Shown: positions 1 to 10,041, counted from the stretch's first letter. The stretch is 64,000 nt of DNA from an uncultured Verrucomicrobiae bacterium (GCA_963802515.1 CAWDIX010000002.1:566857-630856), one strand, 5' to 3'. Numbers and translations are program-made. Notes: generated by a model not told the origin, from the sequence alone.

Positions 1-975
1 GCTTCCAGATTTCGGGTTTGCACCCAGTTCTTCCAATGCCGCGAGGCCCGCCGCCATGGCGAGCGGATTGCCACTCAACGTTCCGGCTTGATAGACCGGC
101 CCGATCGGCGCGAGCAAATCCATGATGTCGGCGCGCCCGCCGAACGCGCCCACCGGCAAGCCGCCGCCAATGACTTTGCCGAACGTGGACAAATCCGGCG
201 TAATGTTAAAGCGTTCCTGCGCGCCGCCGGGCGCAAGCCGGAAACCCGTCATCACTTCGTCGAAAATCAGCAGCGCGCCGTTGGCCCTGGTAATTTCGCG
301 GAGAAATTCCAGATAACCCGGTTTCGGCAAATAAAGTCCCGCGTTGCCCGGGACCGGCTCGACGATAATCCCGGCGATTTGCTTTTTGTTCGCGCCGAAA
401 GCGGCCTTCACTGCGTCCACGTCGTTGAAGGGCAAAACGATGGTGTGCTGCGTGAACGCGGCAGGGACGCCCGCGCTGTCGGGATTGCCAAACGTGAGCG
501 CGCCGGAGCCGGCCTTCACGAGCAACGAATCCGCGTGGCCATGATAGCAGCCATCGAACTTGATGATCTTGTCGCGTTTGGTGAATCCGCGCGCGAGCCG
601 AATGGCGCTCATGCACGCCTCCGTCCCCGAATTGCACATACGAACCTTCTGCACACTGGACACGAGCGAACAAATCAACTTCGCCATCGTCACCTCGTAC
701 GGATTCGGGATGCCGAAGCTGGTGCCACTCTCAGCAGCGGCTTTGACAGCGGCGATGATTTTCGGATGGGCATGGCCGAGAATCGCCGGCCCCCAGGTGC
801 AGACGTAATCGATGTATTCATTGCCATCCACGTCCCACACGTGTGCACCCTTCGCCTTGTTGACGAAGAACGGCTGGCCGCCGACGGCACGGAAAGCGCG
901 CACCGGCGAGTTCACGCCGCCGGGCATGTATTTCAATGCCTCGGCGAACAGCTTTTTAGATTTGTCACAAATCAT
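1..975 (-). CDS. hemL: glutamate-1-semialdehyde 2,1-aminomutase, N-terminal 325 codons (3' end lies beyond window start)
   Basis: Minus-strand reading from the ATG at complement 973-975 gives [33 protein letters not shown]...[18 protein letters not shown]...[16 protein letters not shown]...[16 protein letters not shown]. This is the HemL/class-III aminotransferase pattern. It is missing from the ORF track only because no stop falls inside the window. Confidence 0.9.
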   Translation of the reverse strand, partial: MICDKSKKLFAEALKYMPGGVNSPVRAFRAVGGQPFFVNKAKGAHVWDVDGNEYIDYVCTWGPAILGHAHPKIIAAVKAAAESGTSFGIPNPYEVTMAKLICSLVSSVQKVRMCNSGTEACMSAIRLARGFTKRDKIIKFDGCYHGHADSLLVKAGSGALTFGNPDSAGVPAAFTQHTIVLPFNDVDAVKAAFGANKKQIAGIIVEPVPGNAGLYLPKPGYLEFLREITRANGALLIFDEVMTGFRLAPGGAQERFNITPDLSTFGKVIGGGLPVGAFGGRADIMDLLAPIGPVYQAGTLSGNPLAMAAGLAALEELGANPKSGS

Positions 976-1047
976 CTATTGCAAATTATTGGGAAAAGAT
1001 TAAAGGTTCAGGAGGTTAACTGCGAGAACTTTGAGTTTTCAAAACCG

Positions 1048-2580
1048 ATGAGGAAGGCACAATCAAAAATCAGCTTTTGCTGTGTGATGACGTGTCTTGC
1101 TCTGGGCTTAAGCGCGCCGTCCGCCAGTGCTTTTGCGTTGCTCGGTCCGGTCCAGCCGTGGATGCAAACGACCAATGGAGTTATTTTTCCAGGTGACATT
1201 GGCGGGCCGATGTGCATCAGCAATGAATATCGCTGGAATGTGCCGGTGGTGACTTACGGCTTCGACCAATCGTTTTTGGATTACTTCGGAACAAACGGCG
1301 TGGCGGCGGTTGAGAGCGCGATTCAAATCCTCAATGATCTGCCACCTGCTTCGCAGATTGTATTGACAAATTATCCACTCGAATCACGAAACCTCAATTA
1401 TGCCGCCCAAGCCCAATCATTTTACGATTTGAAATCACAAACACTTTCCTTGCTTTTGGAACATCTCGGTTTGGCACAACCTACGCGATATATTTATGTG
1501 CTGCGGCAATGGAATCCTGTTTTAACAGACCCTTCAAATGAAAATTTATTGGTTAGCGTGTTTGAAGGAACAAACATTTCAAACTACGTTGTTGCACGAA
1601 ATTTTGACCCGCAAAATTTGAATGCCAGTCCTTACGTCAACGATACTCTTTATTCGGGGTATATCGCCTATGAAGGCAACCACAATATCATAATCCCATT
1701 TCAAGTTGATACTTTTGCTATCGCTTACAATGCCGTTGCTGATGGCGACTTGGGCGCAGGCGTATTGTATCGTGGAATGACTCGTGATGATGTTGGCGGT
1801 TTGGCTTATTTGCTTTCCACAAACAACATCAATTACGAAACGCTGCTGCCCGGCGTTTATAATGTTTGCACAAACGCGGACCCGGTTGTGAACGGCGCGT
1901 GGCGCCCGGGCGTTGATAAAATCACATTTGTTCCGCAGCCAGTGGATTTACTAACCGGCGCATTCCTGCCAATGACCAATCAATTCTCGGACACTTACAT
2001 CACGAACGGCAATCTCATGCAACAGCAATTGGCACGTGTGACTTCGCAGCCGGATTTTCTTTTTTCGGTTGCGGACACTGGCAAGGGTGATTTTACGACG
2101 CCGTGGTTCGTGCGCACCGGAACAACAAATTGGATTAACAACGCGGCATTGAATGGGAATCCGGCCGGCGCCGGGCCGGGCATCATTCAGCCGCCGGTTC
2201 AGATTATTTTCAACAAATTGGGGCAGTCTTTTGGGTCCGGCAATTATTCGGACGAGGTTGCCTTTGGCACGCCACAATTTTGGGGTTCTTTTGACGCTTC
2301 CACCAATCCACCGGTCGTTTATCCAGTGCCGCCGCAAACCGGAACCAATCAAATGACCCTTCGCATGTGGCTGGAGATGGGAACGTATCCGAGCTGGACA
2401 ACGACAAGTTTTGAATGGAACCCCATCAGCGTATCGGGCGCGCAATTCCTTTTTCAAACTTCGACCGATCTGACCGACTGGGTCACGCTCTTCACAAATT
2501 TGAACAACGGCACCATCACTACTTGCTTCGTCAACAATCCCGCCAGCGCCCATCGCTTCTATCGCCTCGTTCCACAGTAA
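1048..2580 (+). CDS. secreted hypothetical protein
   Basis: The in-frame ATG at 1048 inside track ORF 88..2580 starts MRKAQSKISFCCVMTCLALGLSAPSASAFA, a signal peptide. The upstream part of that ORF is antisense to hemL. The gene is AT-richer than its flanks and Asn/Thr-rich, has no motif I recognise, and ends HRFYRLVPQ. Confidence 0.6.
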   Translation: MRKAQSKISFCCVMTCLALGLSAPSASAFALLGPVQPWMQTTNGVIFPGDIGGPMCISNEYRWNVPVVTYGFDQSFLDYFGTNGVAAVESAIQILNDLPPASQIVLTNYPLESRNLNYAAQAQSFYDLKSQTLSLLLEHLGLAQPTRYIYVLRQWNPVLTDPSNENLLVSVFEGTNISNYVVARNFDPQNLNASPYVNDTLYSGYIAYEGNHNIIIPFQVDTFAIAYNAVADGDLGAGVLYRGMTRDDVGGLAYLLSTNNINYETLLPGVYNVCTNADPVVNGAWRPGVDKITFVPQPVDLLTGAFLPMTNQFSDTYITNGNLMQQQLARVTSQPDFLFSVADTGKGDFTTPWFVRTGTTNWINNAALNGNPAGAGPGIIQPPVQIIFNKLGQSFGSGNYSDEVAFGTPQFWGSFDASTNPPVVYPVPPQTGTNQMTLRMWLEMGTYPSWTTTSFEWNPISVSGAQFLFQTSTDLTDWVTLFTNLNNGTITTCFVNNPASAHRFYRLVPQ

Positions 2581-2589
2581 CGTTTGGTA

Positions 2590-3114
2590 TCACCGACGAT
2601 TCGGGAAAAACGTTTCCGCCAACGAACCTTTTTCGGTACGGATGACCATGCCAGTACCGATGTTGTGCCGCGCAAACCAGCCGTCCCTGGTTTCCAAAAC
2701 GTATTGGATGTTGTCGCTGGCGGCGACCACCGAGTTGGTGTCGTTCTGCTCCAGGTGATGGATTTCCTCGATGACGCCGTCGGGCCCGATGTAGGCGGCG
2801 GAAAGTGATTCCGGGCAGTTCTTCATCCAGAATGAGGCGCGTTGCGGAACGGGCAGGACAAAAATCATCGCGTCGGTCTCCAGGATATTCGTGCGGAACA
2901 TCATGCCGGTTCGCTCCTGCTCCTGGTTCAGCGCCATCTCGGCGTCCAATTGCTCCGCGCCAAGATAAATCCGGATGGTTGGCAGTTTCGGCTGCGCGTG
3001 GATTGGCAACGAATCGTCAAGGGACGACGGTGGAGCGCTGGTTTCGCCGGATTTCTTGCAGCCGGCCAGGAGCGTCGCGGTTAAAAGCAACGCAATGAAT
3101 CCTGTCAGTTTCAT
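2590..3114 (-). CDS. DUF192-family lipoprotein
   Basis: The internal ATG at 3114 gives MKLTGFIALLLTATLLAGCKK (lipobox). It is followed by LDAEMALNQEQERTGMMFR...MIFV...FWMKNCPESLSAAYIGPDG, a DUF192-like pattern. Confidence 0.75.
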   Translation of the reverse strand: MKLTGFIALLLTATLLAGCKKSGETSAPPSSLDDSLPIHAQPKLPTIRIYLGAEQLDAEMALNQEQERTGMMFRTNILETDAMIFVLPVPQRASFWMKNCPESLSAAYIGPDGVIEEIHHLEQNDTNSVVAASDNIQYVLETRDGWFARHNIGTGMVIRTEKGSLAETFFPNRR

Positions 3115-3236
3115 GGGGCAAGGGTGCGAAAAGCGGCCGCGCTTTTCAATCAATCGTTTGATGGGAATCGCGCCGGGGGTGCTGTGTCCAGGCCGGCACC
3201 GTGACCGGCGAAAGGAATGCCGCGGCGTCTCAACCC

Positions 3237-5249
3237 TCAAGCGGTTTGCGCTGACAAGGCCCGGTCCGGCGCGGGCGCGCGGTCGTGCCTGCCTTCAAGC
3301 GAGGCGTCCAGGCATTTCCGGACTGTCTGCGCCAATTGGAGGGGCAAATAAGGTTTGGCGAGAAAAGAGGTGTTGTGTTCGCTGGAATCTTCTCCCATCA
3401 ATTCGGAACTGTAACCGCTGGTGTAGATCACTTTGAGTCCGGGCTTTTGTTTTCTTAATCTCGCCGCCAGGTCGTTCCCCGTCATGCCGCCGGGCATGAT
3501 CATATCGGTCAGGAGCAAATCCACCCGGCCATTTTGTTCATCCCAAACGCGCAGGGCTTCCGCCCCGGACGAAGCGGCCAAAACGCGGTAACGGTAGCCC
3601 TGGAGAACGTTTCGCACCAGTTCCAGCAGGCCGGTTTCATCCTCGACAATCAGAATGGTTTCTTCGCCTCCCCTTGCCGGTTTGGGTTCGGCGGGCGGCG
3701 CTTCGGTTGCATGGTTGGCTTTGCTGGCCACCGGCAGAAAGACCTTGAAGTTGCTGCCGACCCCAATCTCGCTTTGTACTTCAATCCAGCCCTGATGTTG
3801 TTTGACCATGCCGTAAATGGTGGCCAAACCAAGTCCTGTCCCCTTCCCCACCTCCTTGGTTGTAAAAAACGGTTCGAAAAGCCGCTGCAATACCTTGTGA
3901 TCCATGCCGCAGCCGGTGTCCGTGACCGTCAAACAAACGAACCAGCCCGGCCGGGCTTCGGGACGTTGCCGCACATGGCTGGCCCCGATTTCAACGGCGG
4001 AAGTGGCAATGCGGAGTTTGCCGCCTTTGGGCATGGCGTCGCGCGAATTGACGGCCAGGTTCATGATAATCTGTTCGATCATGCCGGTGTCCGCTTCGAT
4101 GTGTGGCAGGTTGGGCTGGTAAGAGGTCTCCAGCACGATGTCTTCGCCAAGCATCTGCGGGAGCATGTTTCCCAAATTCTGCAGCACCGTGTTCAAATCG
4201 AAAATTTTGGAGCGGAAGATCTGCTTGCGACTGAAGGTGAGCAATTGCCGGACGAAACTGGCCGCGCGTTCCGACGCCGCGGAAATTTGCTTCAATGATC
4301 TTACCGAGGTTGACTCCGGCGGCGTGACATTGAGCAACAGCCCCGCGTGACCCTGAATAACGGTCAAAATGTTGTTGATGTCATGCGCCACGCCGGCGGC
4401 CAACTGGCCCACCGACTCCATTTTTTGCGATTGTCGCAATTGGGCTTCCAGCGTCAGCCGTTCGGTGATGTCCTCGACCGTGGCCACCATGCCGTCAATT
4501 TTGCCGGTGGCGTCGAAGAGGGGCGTGGCGTTGGTCGAAAGCAAAGTGTGACGACCATTGGGGCGACCGATCGTAAAGCGGACGTCGTGCGCCACCTGGC
4601 CGGAATCGAGGACTTGTTTTAATGGTGAGGATTGTTCAACCAATGGATTGCCTTCCAGGTCGGTCGAGTGCCAATCCAGAACCCTGCCTGTTCTTTGGGC
4701 GATTGCTTCCCTGGTCAGGCCCAGCACTTCCTCGGCCCGATGGTTGGCAAAAGTGATTTTTCCAGCCTGGTCGGTGACGACGATGCCGACGGGGCTGGTT
4801 TCCATGATGCGACTGATGAGATCGCGGTCACGGCGGAGGCGTTCCTTGGCGCGTTGGCCTTCGATGGCATAGCGGATGGCGCGTTCCAGTTTGTCGGCGT
4901 CCAACTGGCCCTTGATCAGGTACTCGGCGGCACCGGCCTTTGTGGCTTCGAGATCAATCTCATGATCGCCCTGGCCGGTAAGCAGAATCATCGGTGGCCG
5001 TCCGCTGAACGACTGCGATTCGCGCAACAACTCAAGTCCGGTCCGCTCGCCCAGGCGATAATCCAACAGACAAATGTCGTGCTCGCGACGCTGGAGCGCC
5101 GCCAAAGCGGCTTCGTAATTGTCAATCCACTCCAGCCGATAAGGGGGATTCCCGATTTGAGAAACGAGATCGCGCGTGATGATATAGTCATCCTCATCAT
5201 CATCCACCAACAGCACTCTGACGGCGGGGTCGGACATAAGACGGATCAC
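3237..5249 (-). CDS. hybrid sensor histidine kinase/response regulator (REC-PAS-HisKA-HATPase-REC)
   Basis: N-terminal receiver: VRVLLVDDDEDDY...ICLLDYRLG. H-box: GVAHDINNILTVIQG. ATPase G-boxes: DTGCGM...GTGLGLATIYG. C-terminal receiver: ILIVEDE...LLLTDMIMPGGMTG. The track start is a GTG at 5249; an ATG alternative lies at 5237. Confidence 0.9.
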   Translation of the reverse strand: MIRLMSDPAVRVLLVDDDEDDYIITRDLVSQIGNPPYRLEWIDNYEAALAALQRREHDICLLDYRLGERTGLELLRESQSFSGRPPMILLTGQGDHEIDLEATKAGAAEYLIKGQLDADKLERAIRYAIEGQRAKERLRRDRDLISRIMETSPVGIVVTDQAGKITFANHRAEEVLGLTREAIAQRTGRVLDWHSTDLEGNPLVEQSSPLKQVLDSGQVAHDVRFTIGRPNGRHTLLSTNATPLFDATGKIDGMVATVEDITERLTLEAQLRQSQKMESVGQLAAGVAHDINNILTVIQGHAGLLLNVTPPESTSVRSLKQISAASERAASFVRQLLTFSRKQIFRSKIFDLNTVLQNLGNMLPQMLGEDIVLETSYQPNLPHIEADTGMIEQIIMNLAVNSRDAMPKGGKLRIATSAVEIGASHVRQRPEARPGWFVCLTVTDTGCGMDHKVLQRLFEPFFTTKEVGKGTGLGLATIYGMVKQHQGWIEVQSEIGVGSNFKVFLPVASKANHATEAPPAEPKPARGGEETILIVEDETGLLELVRNVLQGYRYRVLAASSGAEALRVWDEQNGRVDLLLTDMIMPGGMTGNDLAARLRKQKPGLKVIYTSGYSSELMGEDSSEHNTSFLAKPYLPLQLAQTVRKCLDASLEGRHDRAPAPDRALSAQTA

Positions 5250-5701
5250 ACTCCATCCTGCGGGAGTTTGACGACCTCGAACCAGTATTGGCCAAGAACC
5301 TTGATCAATTCCACCAGCGACTTGAAGGTCACGGGTTTGGTGACGTAGGAATTCACACCCAGATCGTAGCTGCGCAGAATATCCTCTTCGGCCTTTGAAG
5401 TGGTCAGGACAACGATGGGAATCCGGCGCAGGACGGGGTCCGCCTTGATTTCCTTGAGCGCTTCGCGTCCATCTTTGCGGGGCATGTTCAAGTCGAGCAG
5501 AATCAGGCCCGGCAAAGGATCGCCGTTCAAATTGCTGTAGCGGCCGCGCCGGCGCAAGTAGTCCATTAATTCCTCACCGTCCTCCACGCAATCGAGTTCG
5601 TTGGCCAGGCGGTTTTCCATAAACGCATCACGCGTCAACTGCCGATCGTCCGGATCGTCGTCCGCCAAAAGAATTGTAATCATTTTCCCTTCCTTTTTCA
5701 T
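5246..5701 (-). CDS. single-domain response regulator (CheY-like)
   Basis: ITILLADDDPDDRQL...LILLDLNMPRKDGREALKEIK...PIVVLTTS. The stop overlaps the downstream kinase start. An alternative ATG lies at 5683. Confidence 0.9.
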   Translation of the reverse strand: MKKEGKMITILLADDDPDDRQLTRDAFMENRLANELDCVEDGEELMDYLRRRGRYSNLNGDPLPGLILLDLNMPRKDGREALKEIKADPVLRRIPIVVLTTSKAEEDILRSYDLGVNSYVTKPVTFKSLVELIKVLGQYWFEVVKLPQDGV

Positions 5702-5708
5702 GGTATCC

Positions 5709-8700
5709 TCATTCGTTTTGTTCGTTGTTGTTCAATTCTTTGGGATGGGTCACTGGCAACGTCACAATAAACGTAGCCCCCGATCCCGGTTTGCTCTTCG
5801 CGGTGATGTCACCACGGTGAAACACGGCAATTTTCCGGGCAATTGCCAGCCCCATGCCCGTGCCTTCGTATTCGTTCCGGCTGTGCAACCGCTGAAACAC
5901 ATTGAAGATCCGGTCCAGATATTTTTCGTCGAATCCAATGCCATTGTCGCTGACCGTCAAACGGCAAAGTTTCTTCGCCATGCCGGTGCCGCCCTCCGGT
6001 GTCGGACCGGCAATGATTTCCGCCGCGACTTTGACCACGGGCGGCGCCTCGGGACGGCGGAATTTGAGCGCGTTGCCGATCAAGTTTTGCAGCAACTGAC
6101 GCATCTGCAGCGCCTCGGCGTCAATCACCGGAAGCGTTTCCACTTCGACACGGCCCTTGACCTGTTCAATCCGCCCCTCCAAATCGGCCAAAACTTCACG
6201 GGCCACTTCGGCCAGGTCAACCTGGACGAACGGACGGGCCTTGGTCGTGACGCGCGAAAAAGACAGCAAATCGTTAATCAGCGTTTGCATGCGCGAGGCG
6301 GCCTTTTGCATCCGCTCCAGATAATCACACGATTCCTTGTCAAGCTTCCCGGCGCCCTGATCCTTGAGCCGTTCGCCGAAAACCACAATTTTTCGCAACG
6401 GTTCCTGCAAATCATGCGAGGCGACATAGGCAAAATCCTGCAACTCCCGGTTGCTGCGTTCAAGCTGGGCCGTGAACTGGCGCAATTTCTCCTCACTGTT
6501 CCGCAGGGCATCTTCCGCCCGCTTGCGTGCCGTGATGTCACTGCCAATACCCACCAGCCCGGTAATTTTGCCGCTCTGATCGCGCAGCGGCAGTTTGCTG
6601 GTCAGCAGCCAGTGTTTCCGGCCTTTTTCGTCGAAGAAAAACTCCTCCCGTTTGAGCACCGGGTAACCCTGAATCACCTTCTGGTCATCAGCCCAGAATT
6701 TCTCGGCGATGTCCTTGGGGAACAGATCGAAATCCGTTTTGCCGATCGCCTCGGCCTCGGTTTTGCAGCGCAGATTTTTCAGGTCAGCTGGGTTGGCCAG
6801 TGTTTTCCGGCAGGCGGCGTCCTTGGCGTAAATGGAATCCGGCAGGTTGTCAATCAAGGTGCGCAATAGAAGGCGCTCCCGGGCCAGGGCCCCTTCCGTC
6901 TCTTTGATCGCCGTCACGTCCTTGGAAACGCCAAATGTGCCGACGATGTTTCCGTCCCTGTCACGCCATGGCATCTTTGTCGAGAGCCACCAAACGCCCG
7001 TGCCGTCGGGCAGTTTCACTCTTTGGAGTTTGCCCACGATCGGCCGGCCGGTGCGAATAATTTCCTGCTCGTCGTCATACGCGGCGCGCGCGTGCGCCTC
7101 CGGGTAAGTGTCGAAATCCGTTTTCCCGATCAACCATTCGCCGAAAGCCTTAACGCCTGCCAGATGGGCTGGCCACTCGCTGGCATCGGCGGCCGGATGG
7201 GCGGCGCGATAGCTGCAGCGGACGGTTTGGAATGTAGATTCCACCTTCGATCTGCTCGCTCGCACGAGGTGGGATTGGCAATCTTTGAAATAGATGTCGT
7301 CCGGAATGGTATCCAAAAGCGTATGAAACAGTTCCTTTTCGTATGCCAGTTTGGCTTCCACCCGCTTGGATTCGGTGATGTCCCGTCCGATACCCACGAG
7401 ACCGGTGATTTTTCCATTTTGATCGCGCAGCGGCAGCTTGCTGGTCAGCAGCCAGTGCTCCTGGCCTGCTTCGTCCAGGAATTTTTCCTCCCGGTTGAGC
7501 ACCGGCTGGCCGTGGATCACCTTCTGGTCGTCGGCCCAGAATTTTTCGGCGTCGTCCTTCGAAAAGAGATCAAAATCGCTCTTCCCAATGGCCTCGGCCT
7601 CGGTTTTGCAGCGGACGTTCTTCAAGTCGGCCAAATTAACCAGTGTCTTCCGGCCCTCGGTGTCCTTGATGTAAACGGCATCCGGCAGGTTGTCAATCAG
7701 GGTGCGCAGGAGGCGGCGTTCCTGGGCCAGTGCCTCCTCCGCGTGTTTCTGCTGCGTGATGTCCCGGTTGATGCCCGCGACGCCAATCACCTTGCCCGCC
7801 GCGTCCCGCAGCGGCACCTTGGTCACCGAAGCCCAGGTGACTTCGCCGCCGGGCTGGGTCTGCGCTTCGATCTTGTTGATCAAAGGCTGGCCCGTCTGGA
7901 TGATCTTTTGCTCGTCCTGGAAAAACTCCTGGGCTTTGTCCGGCGGAAAAAAATCAAAGTCCGTTTTGCCGACGGCTTGTTCCGGGTCCGCCACCCCGAT
8001 GCGCTTGGCGAGCGCCTGGCTGAGCTTGAGAAACCGCGATTGGCTGTCCTTGAAATAAATCCGGTCGGGAACGTTGTCCAGCATCGCCTGCAATAGCTGT
8101 TGGGCCCTGACCAGGGCTTCTTCCGCTCGCTCCCGTTCGGCGATTTGTTGTTGCAGCGCCACATTCCTCTCGGAAAGCTCGGCGGTGCGCTCGGCCACCC
8201 GTTTTTCCAGTTCGTCGCGTGACTGGCGCAGCGCCTCTTCCGTCCGTTTTTGCTCCGTAATGTCCCGGTTGATGCCCGCGATGCCGGCCACTTTGCCCGC
8301 CTTGTCCCGCAGGGGCACCTTGGTGGTGGAGGTCCAGGCGATTTCGCCGTTGGGCAGGATCTGGCGCTCGGTCTTGTTGACCAGCGCCTCGCCGGTGCGG
8401 ATAATCCGCTGCTCATCCTGGTAAAATTCCTCGGCCTTTTCCCTGGGATTGAAATCAAAGTCCGTCTTGCCAACGGCTTCTTCGGGGTCTTTCACGCCCA
8501 GCCGGTTGGCGAGCGTTTTGCTGAGCTTCAAAAACCGGGACTGGGTGTCCTTGAAATAAATCCGGTCGGGGACATTGTCCAGGATCGCCTGCAACAGCAG
8601 GTGGGCGCCGGCCATCGCCTCCTCCGTTCGCTTCAGTTCCGTGATGTCCCGGCTGATACCCATCAAGCCCACCACGGCCTGTTGCTTGTCCCGCAGTGGC

Positions 8701-9155
8701 ACTTTTGTGGTTTGCAGCCAGCGCGTTTCGTTGGTCCGTGGATTCACCGCCTTTTCTTCCCGATTCAGTGGCTGGCCTGATTCCATCACCGCACGTTCGT
8801 CATTGTAATACTGCCTGGCCAATTCCGCCGGGAAGATGTCGAGGTCCGTTTTGCCAATCACCTCGTCCTGGGTGGTTGCGCCCATGGCCCGCACGTGTGC
8901 CGGATTGTTGACCAAAAACCGGCTCTGCCGATCTTTGATAAAAATGCGATCGGGCAGGCTGTCAATCAGCGTCCGTAGTAAATCGTAATCCTGCCTGAGT
9001 CGCGCATTTTCCCGGGTAAGCCGTTGGTTCTCTTGCGCCAGCGACTCGCCTGGTTCCGCGGATTTCGAGCCATCCAAACACTTCACGGGACGGTCGTCCG
9101 GCGGAGCGGGGACGACTTCAGCCAATGGCGGTTCATTGTAACCAATTGTTTTCAT
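5709..9155 (-). CDS. multi-PAS sensor histidine kinase (six PAS-like modules, HisKA, HATPase)
   Basis: The module pattern (L)LxxL(I/L)DxxPDxIYxKD...GKTDFD(L/F)F...TSKxPLRDxxGKxxG...RDIT recurs six times. H-box: ASHDLQEPLRKI. ATPase: DNGIGF...GTGMGLAIARKI. Confidence 0.9.
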   Translation of the reverse strand: MKTIGYNEPPLAEVVPAPPDDRPVKCLDGSKSAEPGESLAQENQRLTRENARLRQDYDLLRTLIDSLPDRIFIKDRQSRFLVNNPAHVRAMGATTQDEVIGKTDLDIFPAELARQYYNDERAVMESGQPLNREEKAVNPRTNETRWLQTTKVPLRDKQQAVVGLMGISRDITELKRTEEAMAGAHLLLQAILDNVPDRIYFKDTQSRFLKLSKTLANRLGVKDPEEAVGKTDFDFNPREKAEEFYQDEQRIIRTGEALVNKTERQILPNGEIAWTSTTKVPLRDKAGKVAGIAGINRDITEQKRTEEALRQSRDELEKRVAERTAELSERNVALQQQIAERERAEEALVRAQQLLQAMLDNVPDRIYFKDSQSRFLKLSQALAKRIGVADPEQAVGKTDFDFFPPDKAQEFFQDEQKIIQTGQPLINKIEAQTQPGGEVTWASVTKVPLRDAAGKVIGVAGINRDITQQKHAEEALAQERRLLRTLIDNLPDAVYIKDTEGRKTLVNLADLKNVRCKTEAEAIGKSDFDLFSKDDAEKFWADDQKVIHGQPVLNREEKFLDEAGQEHWLLTSKLPLRDQNGKITGLVGIGRDITESKRVEAKLAYEKELFHTLLDTIPDDIYFKDCQSHLVRASRSKVESTFQTVRCSYRAAHPAADASEWPAHLAGVKAFGEWLIGKTDFDTYPEAHARAAYDDEQEIIRTGRPIVGKLQRVKLPDGTGVWWLSTKMPWRDRDGNIVGTFGVSKDVTAIKETEGALARERLLLRTLIDNLPDSIYAKDAACRKTLANPADLKNLRCKTEAEAIGKTDFDLFPKDIAEKFWADDQKVIQGYPVLKREEFFFDEKGRKHWLLTSKLPLRDQSGKITGLVGIGSDITARKRAEDALRNSEEKLRQFTAQLERSNRELQDFAYVASHDLQEPLRKIVVFGERLKDQGAGKLDKESCDYLERMQKAASRMQTLINDLLSFSRVTTKARPFVQVDLAEVAREVLADLEGRIEQVKGRVEVETLPVIDAEALQMRQLLQNLIGNALKFRRPEAPPVVKVAAEIIAGPTPEGGTGMAKKLCRLTVSDNGIGFDEKYLDRIFNVFQRLHSRNEYEGTGMGLAIARKIAVFHRGDITAKSKPGSGATFIVTLPVTHPKELNNNEQNE
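6540..8615. repeat. intragenic duplicated PAS-module DNA (two pairs, each about 340-360 bp)
   Basis: About 6540-6880 aligns with about 7383-7722, and about 7752-8105 aligns with about 8253-8610, at roughly 80 percent identity by eye. Example: gtccttgaaataaatccggtcgggaacgttgtccag versus gtccttgaaataaatccggtcggggacattgtccag. Confidence 0.8.
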
Positions 9156-9482
9156 ACCCAGACCAGAACCCGAGCACGCGAGACAACTCAGGATTAGTCA
9201 AACACAGCAGTTTGAATGCCTTTTCCAAGCCAATCTATTTGCTACTCGTTCGTCTTGGAAAACCAGCTCTTTGCCATTAAACGGGACATGACAAAGGGGT
9301 AACGATACAAGTCCGGATCGGCAGGACTATGCACAAAACCTGACGGCACAGGAGCTTTTGCCAACATTGCTGCCTTGTGCGGAAGTTGAAACATTTCCCG
9401 TCAACCGCTGAAAACTCCGGCGGACGGGAAGCGGACGGGGGCCTTGCGTGGCGGGTGCGTTGCCGTTAATGTCCCTTCGGCT

Positions 9483-9559
9483 GCGCCCGTAGCTCAGATG
9501 GATAGAGCATCTGCCTTCTAAGCAGAGGGTCCCGCGTTCGACTCGCGGCGGGCGCGCCA
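9483..9559 (+). tRNA. tRNA-Arg (anticodon TCT), CCA encoded
   Basis: Hand fold: acceptor GCGCCCG/CGGGCGC, D arm GCTC-AGATGGATA-GAGC, anticodon arm TCTGC-CTTCTAA-GCAGA, T arm CCGCG-TTCGACT-CGCGG, discriminator G, CCA. Confidence 0.93.
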
Positions 9560-9928
9560 CGGTTGACGCAAAAGCGTTTCCCTTTGCAGGAGGCAAAGCG
9601 ACAAGCCCAAACTTTTTCGGCTCTGAAAAACAAACCGGAGACTTCACTTTTTCCTGCAACCGCGACCTGTCGCCGCCGCCGGGGATGAATTGAGCAAAAA
9701 AATCCGTCGCGCTTGTCGCGCCGTAGCTTGGAGAAGGCGGACGCCGGCTGGCTTCACCCCATGGCACGCCGAGCCGCAGAAAATCTTTGGTGTTCATAAC
9801 AACCAATAACCGTCAGCCAATAATCATCCGGCCGATTTGGAATCCCAACGGGATTCCATCATTCAGCCCAAGGTTGCGCCACAGGCGCTACCTTGGGTAC
9901 CTTACGCACCGTTTGCCTCGGCGCGGCA

Positions 9929-9961
9929 GCCTTCGCTCACTCCAAAGTCGCGAGCGAAGGC
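9929..9961 (-). other. 10-bp-stem hairpin abutting the 3' CCA of the tRNA-like pair
   Basis: gccttcgctc (9929-9938) pairs with gagcgaaggc (9952-9961) across a 13-nt loop. No U-tract follows, so it may be a processing or termination structure, or a repeat-family member. Confidence 0.4.
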
Positions 9962-10036
9962 TGGTGCCCACGGTCGGAGTTGCACCGACACAGTGCGCGT
10001 TTTAAGTGCGCTGCCTCTGCATCGGGCTACGTGGGC
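9962..10036 (-). tRNA. non-canonical tRNA-like gene, anticodon TAA, class-I (short variable arm), GTGC T-loop, CCA encoded
   Basis: Hand fold of the reverse complement: GCCCACG-TA-GCC(C)-GATGCAG-(A)GGC-A-GCGCA-CTTAAAA-CGCGC-ACTGT-GTCGG-TGCAACT-CCGAC-CGTGGGC-A-CCA. All stems pair except one A.C in the anticodon stem. Confidence 0.5.
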
Positions 10037-10041
10037 GAAAT

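Noticed and set aside
88-1047. The first 320 codons of track ORF 88..2580 (Arg/Ala-rich, TTG start).
   Set aside because: This stretch is the antisense shadow of hemL, whose conserved motifs read cleanly on the minus strand. The real plus-strand gene starts at the ATG at 1048 with a signal peptide.
5601-8780. Long plus-strand ORFs 5601..6869, 7023..8096, 7690..8058 and 8250..8780.
   Set aside because: They are antisense to the multi-PAS kinase gene. The translations are low-complexity and Arg/Gly/Leu-rich with no motifs, which is a typical high-GC shadow frame.
9327-9806. 159-aa minus-strand ORF spanning the tRNA-Arg gene.
   Set aside because: Its translation contains GRCSIHLSYGRS, which is simply the reverse complement of the tRNA. 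The rest is repeat DNA.
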